From the NCBI GenBank assembly GCA_048128005.1, contig JBEUKZ010000069.1, positions 423,767 to 443,766 of the forward strand: a stretch of 20,000 nucleotides of DNA. Reading direction: 5' to 3'. This DNA is from Veleropilina oligotropha (taxonomy: Eukaryota). A program made the position numbers and the translations under genes. Under the pieces are notes generated by a model. That model was not told where the DNA came from. It was given only the letters and a program-made list of their open reading frames with translations, and searched no databases. Of the stretch, positions 12,475-20,000 are shown piece by piece; positions within the stretch are counted from its first letter, which is position 1, and every line of letters begins with the position of its first letter.

Positions 12475-13794
12475 TCGTTTAACTTCCGATAGTCATAACA
12501 TACAAAATACAACGTAATACGCCAAGTTTGCAATTTAGTTTCTGCTATGCAATCTGTTTGGTGTACATTTCATTTCATTCATTACCGCCATATTGGCGTC
12601 GCTCCGAACTTATTTTAGATGAAAATTAACATATTAACGTTGCATTTTTATAAAATTATTCTGGAAACGTGTTTATAATTGTTAACATATACAAAGCCGA
12701 CCATTTTGTTATGATTCTGATGCTTTATATGTAAGTAGACCTACCTTCGTCGAGAGCAGACGACAAATTGTGTCGACCTCTGATACGATAAAAGCGAAAT
12801 CGACATACATGAGTCACGATCGACACGCATTTCATGTTCTTTGAATATAGCTTGTTGAATTAGTATAATATTGATAAAGCGACATTAGTTCTTTTCATAA
12901 CAGCATTTGTTGCTCTTTATAGTTTATATAATAGGTAAAAACAGGATTATTTTTCACACCTAATGCCACATTACAAATTTCACCTTCTGCAATATTACTA
13001 CGCCGCATAATTATGTTACACGGGGTCAACAAAATTAAAAGCAACGTTGTACAGCTTGTTTCCCTATAACTTTGAGCTATATGATAAAACGAATCTCACA
13101 TGAGTGGTCATTTAATATGACATTTATGAAACGAGTTAACTAATTTTCCTATTTTCCGAGGTTTCCCCTCTTTATCACAATTAAATGAGTACAGAAATAT
13201 GCATGACAAGACAACAAGCAAAGCGGGAGATCACAAATTGCCTATTAATTACACACCTATTGCATGCTCCCCATGGCGCCTGTTACAAGCTTCTTGGTAA
13301 TTAATACTGCTATTAAGTAGTGACCAGATCTAAATTACACTGATAGGGTGAATGCCTCATTGGTAATGATGTAAGATCACTTACTTAAATTTAACACACA
13401 ATTAACTAACATCCCAAGGGTATATTTGCAGCAACACTATTTCTGTAGTATAACTATTTGCATGGAGTTTATCAACTCTTTCTACGAGTGCCATAAAGGT
13501 GGAGTTTTTCCTTAATCGAAATTGTTTGTTAATTTTTGTTATAATTATACAATATAATAGGAATTGTTTATAATTTATTTGCCGATTATTGACAACTTGT
13601 TGAGATTACATGCAAATATTGTTGAGATTACATGCAATAGTGAAACTTGTCGGTTATTTGAAAATTTCGTAAGGTCTCCACTTTTAAAACGAGTCATGAC
13701 TTGATTGATTTTTACATGTTATCTTATAGGTTATATTCAGGACATTTTTCTATTTTCGTACCATTGCCACCTTTTTCATGTATGATTTGTAAAT

Positions 13795-14165
13795 TGTTTG
13801 AATATGAGCCGTCCATTTACAGTCCTCACTAAATGTCACACCAAGTTGACGGTGATGATCGACATTATTGATCTGCCCATCTCCAAATATGACAGAGAGA
13901 GATCACGTCTATCGTTCCTGTTTGAAATAAGTAGTACATCTGTTTTAGCAGCATTAAAGCTAATTAGCCAATTCTGGGACCATGTATGCACTGTTTTAAT
14001 TCGTGATTAAGTACATTTTCAATGTCTGAGACTGAAGTCGATGAATAATTCAGAGATGTGTCGTCAGCAATAATCTTGATACAATGGTTGCTATGTCATT
14101 AATATATATATAACAAAAATAGAAGTAGGCCGAGACATATCCCTGAGGTACCCCAGCACATTCCC
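13795..14165 (-). pseudogene. CR1-like LINE reverse transcriptase fragment
   Basis: Minus strand: AGVPQG (~14141-14158), YINDI, ADDTSL (14051-14068), WSQNWLISFNAAKT (~13940-13982) and HRQLGVTFSEDCKWTAHI (~13801-13855). Several frameshifts. Confidence 0.88.
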
Positions 14166-14184
14166 TGGTTTTTCGTTTATAATT

Positions 14185-14656
14185 GAAACCATGGTGAAAG
14201 ACTCGCAGCCATAGAGAAGCCAGGACAACGGCGCTGTATATGTTCAGCGCTGTAGAAAGTCGGATGTTGTCTTCGTTGCGGACCGTGGTGCGCTGTCTCA
14301 CGAGTGCTTGGCTGACCTTGCTAATCCAGAATTCGACTTCTTTTTCCAAGAACCCATTTTGTATATGTTGCACCAAGGTAGTTGAAGTTCTCGACGTTGT
14401 TCAGCAGGATATCATCGGTTCTGATGGATGGTTCTGATGGGTTGGTATTTGTGCTAGTGATATATTCCGAGCGATTTTTTTGCATTGGAAAAACTTTTTG
14501 AAGTAGGTTCTATTCCGTTTCTGCTGGAAGGGCACAGTCATCAGTAAAACGAGCTCCCGATACAAGTTTGTATATGCTCTTTGTGTTTGCATAGGTGGCG
14601 GGAATGAAACAGAAAACCGCCAATGACGTACGTGTTATACACCCCTTTCTCCATAT
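14185..14656 (-). pseudogene. RTE/BovB-type LINE ORF2, downstream half
   Basis: Minus strand: MEKGVY, TKSIYKLVSGARFTDDCAL (degenerate FADD), NVENFNYLG, LEKEVEFWISKVSQAL...NIRLSTALNIYSAVVL and LYGCESFT (~14192-14216). Confidence 0.88.
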
Positions 14657-16682
14657 GTAAGCAATAAGAATGACATATGCAATGCGTTTCATGATTTCCA
14701 TGTTAACGTCGGATCTGATATTGCCTCCAAAATACCATCTGTTGATAAATCTGTAAGATCTTACTTAACAGGTAACTATCAGGAATCAATTTTCTTTACG
14801 CCAACTGACGAAAATGAAGTAATGAAAATTTCATCGAGTCTTAAGAATGAAAAGAGCCCTGGTTTCGATGAAATCAGTCCATCATTAGCGAAGCGCATCA
14901 TGCCAGTAATATCAGAACCGTTAGCTAGAATATTTAATATGTCAATAGTAACATGTATTGTTCCTGATAAACTTAAAGTTGCCAGAGTGAAACCAATTTT
15001 TAAAAGCGGTGACCCTCATTAAATATCCAATTATAGACCTGTATCAGTTCTTCCTTGCTTTTCAAAAATATTGGAGCGTATATATATATATAATAGGTTG
15101 TTAGGATTTTTAAGTAAACATGACGTTCTATATAATCAACAATATGGATTCCGATCTAACCATGCTACATACATGGCACTACTTCAACTAGTAGATGAAA
15201 TTTCTGATTCGATAGATAATAATGAATTCACTCTGGGTATTTTTATAGATCTATCAAAAGCATTTGATACCATAAACCATCGGATAATACTTCAAAAGTT
15301 ACACCACTATGGTATACGTGGTGTTCAACTGGATTGGTTTAGTAGCTATTTATCTAATAGATACCAATATGTTTCTTTAAATGGTTGTACATCAGAAAAG
15401 AAACTTATAAAGTGCGGTGTTCCCCAAGGGTCAATTCTCGGCCCCCTCCTATTTCTCATATACGTGAATGACATATGCAACACATCAAATATTATGAAAT
15501 TTATCCTTATTGCAGATGATACCACGATATTCTACAATCACAAAAGTTTTAAACATTTAATCAGCACAGCAAATAATGAACTAAAACTGTTATCGACTTG
15601 GTTTAAGGTCAGTAAGGTCTCCCTCAATATAAATAAAACGAACTATATAATCTTCAGAAACAACGGTAAAAATTATATAAGGGAAGATTCTATAATCTAC
15701 ATAGACAACACTGAAATTAAAGAAGTCACATCTTGTAAATTTCTTGGAGTTGAAATGGAGCAGTATTTGAATAGTATCCCGAAAAATCTAAAAAAAAATT
15801 GGAGTTATAAATCGAATAAAATATGAAATTCCACTTCACACTTTAAAAATGTTATACTCAACAATGATATTACCATATTTTTCCTACAGCAATATTGTTT
15901 GGGGTAATACATATTCCAGTATTATCAATCCTCTTTACAAATTACAAAAAAGGATTGTTAGAATTATTACTAGGAGTGAATGGAGAGCACATACATCTCA
16001 ATTGTTTTATAGACTTCATATACATACTGTTTTCGATATAAATATGATACAAACTGCGTTATTCATGTACTCATTTCATAACCGAACATTACCTGACTCG
16101 TTTAGCAATTAATTTATACTAAACCGTAATATTTATGAACATAACACTAGATCGTCCAAGAATTATCACATCATAAGAGTTCGTACAAATGTTAGACAAC
16201 ATTCAATTAAATATAGAGGCTCAATTGTATGGACCTCGTTGGATGCAAACCTTAAGACGTGCAGAACGATTGGACAATTTAAAAGGAAGCTGAAACATTA
16301 TATCGCATTAACATGCAACATTTGAATTGAAACCAATATCCTTCTTATCTTTACATACTGCAACGTTCATTTCTTATCTAATAATTCATCAATATTTTGA
16401 AGTTCGTAACAATGTTATATAACAACAATATACAACTTTATATAACTTTATAGCAATTTTATGTAACCAACTTTATATAACACCATATACGAATTTTACT
16501 GTTTGTACCTTAGGTGGCCCATCGCCTTGCAAGCCTTTTGGGGTTTCTCAGATGGGTCTCCTTGCCAAATAATTACAAATAATTGATGTAAACAATGTTC
16601 TTAGTATATTTGTATAATTAATATATTATTTATTGCTATTATGTAATATTATACGGCTAAATAAATTTTGATTTGATTTGAT
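14657..16682 (+). mobile_element. 5'-truncated L2-group (Crack/Daphne-like) LINE: disrupted ORF2, 3' UTR, poly(A) signal and (ATTTG)n tail
   Basis: ICNAFHDFHVNVGSDIASKIP, KSPGFDEIS, NYRPVSVLPCFSKILER, QYGFR, FIDLSKAFDTINH, GVPQGSILGPLLFLIYVND, IADD, KFLGV, LQKRIVRII, and C-terminal SIKYRGSIVW...FKRKLK (~16325). Stops at 15020-15022 and 16110-16112, with a frameshift or deletion at ~15760-15830. AATAAA at 16660-16665 is followed by ATTTG repeats. The clade within the CR1/L2 group is inference. Confidence 0.92.
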
Positions 16683-16985
16683 CTTGCGTAGCGTAAGACA
16701 GCATGCTCGTGAAGAAGATGTTACAAAGGACTGGCGCGAGCACACGACCCTGTTTTAATCCATTTGAGATCTCGAACGAGGCTGAGATGTCACTGGGGAA
16801 AGAACCAGTCCAATCATTCCGTCGTGGAATAGCTGGATCTTCTTTACAAGCTTTTCATGTAACCAAATCGTCAAAATATCGTCTAGAGAGTCTCTCATGT
16901 CGCGGTGTCGAAAGCTTTGATCAGGTCTATGAAGACGGAGTATACGGGGTCTCATTTTGTTCAATGCAAATCTCTTGAACCCGAC
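16681..16985 (-). pseudogene. RTE/BovB-type LINE ORF2, upstream half
   Basis: Minus strand: QEICIEQN, FIDLIKAFDT, KLVKKIQLFHDGM and FEISNGLKQGRVLAPVLCNIFFTSMLSYATQD, ending at 16681. Confidence 0.9.
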
Positions 16986-17002
16986 TCAAAACAAACATTG
17001 CT

Positions 17003-17125
17003 TGGGTCGATACTTAATATCCTATTTATTTACAACCTTCGAGTGTAAATATCCATGTTCTATAGCAGAAGGAAAGCATCGTCGCCGGGGAAAACCCGCC
17101 CTCTCCGGTCAGATATAGACAAAGT
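17003..17125 (-). mobile_element. Degenerate partial copy of the SINE family
   Basis: GGGTCGATACTTAATATCCT...GAAAGCATCGTCGCCGGGGAAAACCCGCCCTCTCCG...GACAA aligns by eye with 8410-8540. Confidence 0.7.
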
Positions 17126-17280
17126 GTTATTGGATAAATATTCCGCTATAAATTTGGAACAAAATATACAACACAGATATACAGCACTGAAAATTAACTG
17201 TAGTTAAGCATTATTGTTTCGTAAGACAAAAAATTACTTATCATTTTAATACTTTTTTCTACATTTATCACAAGATGACA

Positions 17281-17635
17281 AGGGTTAAATTGAAAGAGAT
17301 CACCTGACATTTCTCCAAGATACGATCTCATGTGATGGCTCGATCACATTAAATACCTTACCGAAATGCCAACTCCGCAGTGCAAGAACGATATGCAAAG
17401 ATTATTGCGATTGGTGGCGTATTTATCGCGTTACATTCCTGATATGTCGACCATGTCAGCGCCGCTCAGGAAACTTGTATACAGGAACACTATATCTGAG
17501 AATGGTCTTGTGCACAAGATAAATGATTCGATCTTAAATCTGCTGTACAATAAACCAGTGCTTCAATTTTATGATCTAGATAAACTGTATACCGATTATC
17601 CGCGGATGCGACAAAAAACTGTGGCGTCCATATAA
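17281..17635 (+). pseudogene. Ty3/gypsy LTR-retrotransposon pol fragment (RT C-terminus/RNase H connection)
   Basis: MPTPQCKNDMQRLLRLVAYLSRYIPDMSTMSAPLRKL...KPVLQFYD follows the gypsy MPxP..RFLG.vNYl..FIP..S...APLR.L...PVL..YD pattern. It is degenerate and no LTRs are seen. Confidence 0.8.
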
Positions 17636-18046
17636 CCATCGTCTGCATTTGGATCGCTTCATACATTATTTTTAATATATTTCACTATACACATAACATG
17701 GTGTTTTTGCATTAACTGTTTGACTATTTATTTATCTAGCTAATGCTGTGTAGCAATGTGTGATACTGTTCAGGACTCTGTGTGTGATTTCGAGTATATA
17801 GTTGTCTACGACTCTGCAATAATACAGTCGTGTTGCGGTAGGAATTTCCTGTTTGTCGTCGTTGTTAGATCAGAAAATTTTGAGGTAGCACCAAGTCAGC
17901 ATTCTGAACATCGACAGTCATTCAATGTCAGCTGGTTACACCCCAACTTTGGTGGTTATTTAATTCCGAAACATTGTGAAAATTGATTTAAGTAAATTGT
18001 CATCTGCATATCAATATAAAATCGCAACGTTATAATGTATAAATGT

Positions 18047-18190
18047 AAGGAAGGGTCGATGCTAAATGTCCTGTATATTTAAACTTTCACGTTCGAGCCA
18101 GGTATTGGATTGTATCGGATCGATGGTTAAATTCTTGTATATTAACAACCTTAAATCAGGTTCAAACCACGATATGTCCATATTATCTCG
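18047..18190 (-). mobile_element. SINE tail fragments (two tandem partial copies)
   Basis: AAGGAAGGGTCGATGCTAAATGTCCTGTATATTT (18047-18080) and GATCGATGGTTAAATTCTTGTATATTAACAACC (~18118-18150) match the tail at 8405-8445. Confidence 0.7.
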
Positions 18191-18294
18191 AGAGACAATA
18201 ATAGCAAAAATATAATCGGTAATTCAGTCACAATTCCCGTAATTTGGAATCAGCATCGCCGGTATCGGGTTCCGCCATTTTGAAATGTGCATCA

Positions 18295-18527
18295 CGTGGG
18301 CAATTTCAGTCGGCGGCCAGTCGCAAGAGCGCTTATGTAGAAGAATCGAGTTGAGTTGAGTTGAATCGGATCGCAGAAAGTTGAACATGGGCAACTGAGC
18401 AGAACTGGCGATTTTCCAGTTGCTCTTGATCGCAAGACTCAGTCGGGCAACTCAGTGTGACTACTAGTCGGCGGTCAGTTGCCGAAACTCAGTCGAGTTG
18501 AGTTGAGTTGAATCGATTCGCAAGGCC
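18295..18527. repeat. (GAGTT)n/CAACT-rich internally repeated element (MITE-like)
   Basis: Exact 23-bp direct repeat TCGAGTTGAGTTGAGTTGAATCG at 18346-18368 and 18493-18515. AGTCGGCGG(C/T)CAGT and GGGCAACT each occur twice. Confidence 0.7.
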
Positions 18528-18535
18528 TACATCAC

Positions 18536-18673
18536 AGTTGTCCGTAACAGGTCGGAGAGGGCGTGTTTACCCGGCGACCGTGCTTTCTTCCCACGATAAT
18601 ACGGACATGTCCTGCTTTTAACCAAATGATGGTTGGAAATATACAAGACATTAAAGCATCGATCCCTTTCCTT
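18536..18673 (+). mobile_element. SINE copy lacking the tRNA head
   Basis: AGTTGTCCGTAACAGGTCGGAG...ATGATGGTTGGAAATATACAAGACATTAAAGCATCGATCCCTTTCCTT is the reverse-complement homolog of 8405-8541. Confidence 0.85.
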
Positions 18674-20000
18674 TGCAGGCAGCATGCTGACAGTTAATAC
18701 ACGTGAAAGATTCCAATTTATTTGACATTGTCTGTTTTCGGTCAAGTCACATTTGTCTGCCTAGGATTCTCAAATAGCCCCCCCCCCCCTCCCCCATTAT
18801 GTTTTGAAATTCGCTCTTCACTTAATTGGTACTCATTATCAGCCAGAGCGAAGTTAATTAGTATTTAATGGGGTATATTTGTAGTTTGTACCTTCAGAAC
18901 CACTATATTTTGTCATATAAGAAAGGAACGTAGTAGAATTAATACTGTTCACAAATATGTGATTCAATTTATACTATAGTAACATCAAATTCTGGATTAT
19001 TTTGAAACAAATGATTTACCGGTACTACATAAAATACAGCCATATTATGTGTAACATGACCAGGTAGATAGCTACAACTATTTTATAGATTAGGACTTCT
19101 GGTCAACCTGTTATTTATAATGTACTGCTGTGTAACTGCATACATTTTTTAAACAATTTGGAAATTCTGCTAGCTTATAAACATTTTGTTTGAGACATGA
19201 TTAGTTACATATTTATAATATCATGTATGATTACATCCACTGAAAGTCAGTAATATTGAGCGACTTTTGTGAATGGAAAGTGTACCATTGCATATGGCAT
19301 GTATAGTAATATTATTTTATTATACTTATCCTGCTTTAACAACTATGGTCATATTAGAGCAAGCTGATATTGTTGGAGGAAAGATTGCTAAACCCACTCA
19401 TGGTAAGATAAGATAAGGACCAGATGAGTGATTTCGGCAGCCACACCCATTCCACTCAACCACTGACGAAAATATATGACTTTGACCTAAACCTATAGAC
19501 TACATATACGTAAGTAATCTGCAAATGAGTGACCTTATTATTCAGGATGGAAAGAACATTACATTTTCGACATCGGGTACTCTCAATTTTTGCATTAATT
19601 GTCTCTGGTTTTCATTCGATAACGAGGCGCATATTTCGCAGGACATAAATCCAAACTTTATATGTAAACATGGATGAGGTCAATTTTGCCACTAACCTTT
19701 TTCCTTTTAGTGAAATGTTTAGTGAAATGTTTATTTAAATATTTTTTTCGAATAATGGGAATTTTGTTACAACTGTTGAACACATTGTTTTCTGGCAACT
19801 TTGAACATAATTTCTGAAAGCATTGCTGCGGTCAATAGTTTCAACTGTGGGAGAGGAACAATCACAACTTTGTAGTAACCACTTGATTACATTAAATTAT
19901 TGATTAAAATGTCTCTTAAGTTAAATGCGAATTACCCAAGAATGAGAAACGAATATCTTCAGTATTATTAGATAACAATGACGCAAATAAGGAATACATT

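Noticed and set aside
13078..13140. Segment resembling the end of a non-autonomous DNA element (CATGAGTGGTCATTTAATATGACATTTATGAAACGAG)
   Set aside because: The resemblance is from memory only, and no partner repeat or boundary is visible in the window.
13597..13637. 22-bp-period tandem duplication TTGTTGAGATTACATGCAA (similarly a 12-bp duplication near 19706-19732)
   Set aside because: Real but ordinary slippage duplications with no functional signal.
14657..16325. Reverse transcriptase as a retron, DGR or group II intron system
   Set aside because: Motifs, 3' UTR, AATAAA and tandem tail are those of a LINE, and the ORF is broken by stops and a frameshift.
19520..19860. Possible minus-strand exon after an acceptor-like TTCCTCTCCCACAG (AG at 19845-19846)
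   Set aside because: Reading frames close within ~36 codons and the peptides resemble nothing I recognise.

Overview
AT-rich, repeat-dense eukaryotic DNA. The repeat repertoire looks like an invertebrate animal, possibly a mollusc (inference). No host protein-coding gene is confidently recognisable. The only intact ORF is a 336-aa DD34E Tc1 transposase (10299-11309, minus) inside a complete 1.53-kb element with perfect 25-bp TIRs and TA target duplications. The rest is layered transposon debris. An RTE/BovB-type LINE is split mid-RT by a 2-kb L2-group LINE, and its two halves rejoin in frame. There are also two CR1-like and one RTE-X-like RT fragments, a Ty3/gypsy pol fragment, four pieces of one tRNA-derived SINE family, two satellite-bearing Helentron/HINE-like elements and several palindromic non-autonomous elements. 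A ~3-kb compound microsatellite ends in ~1.97 kb of perfect (TG)n that abuts a GGGGAC/GTCCCC-rich element. One promoter-like patch (CCAAT, DR4, ATG exon and donor site at ~12.3-12.5 kb) is unexplained. I see no evidence of a new multi-gene system; the most interesting items are TE-biology observations.
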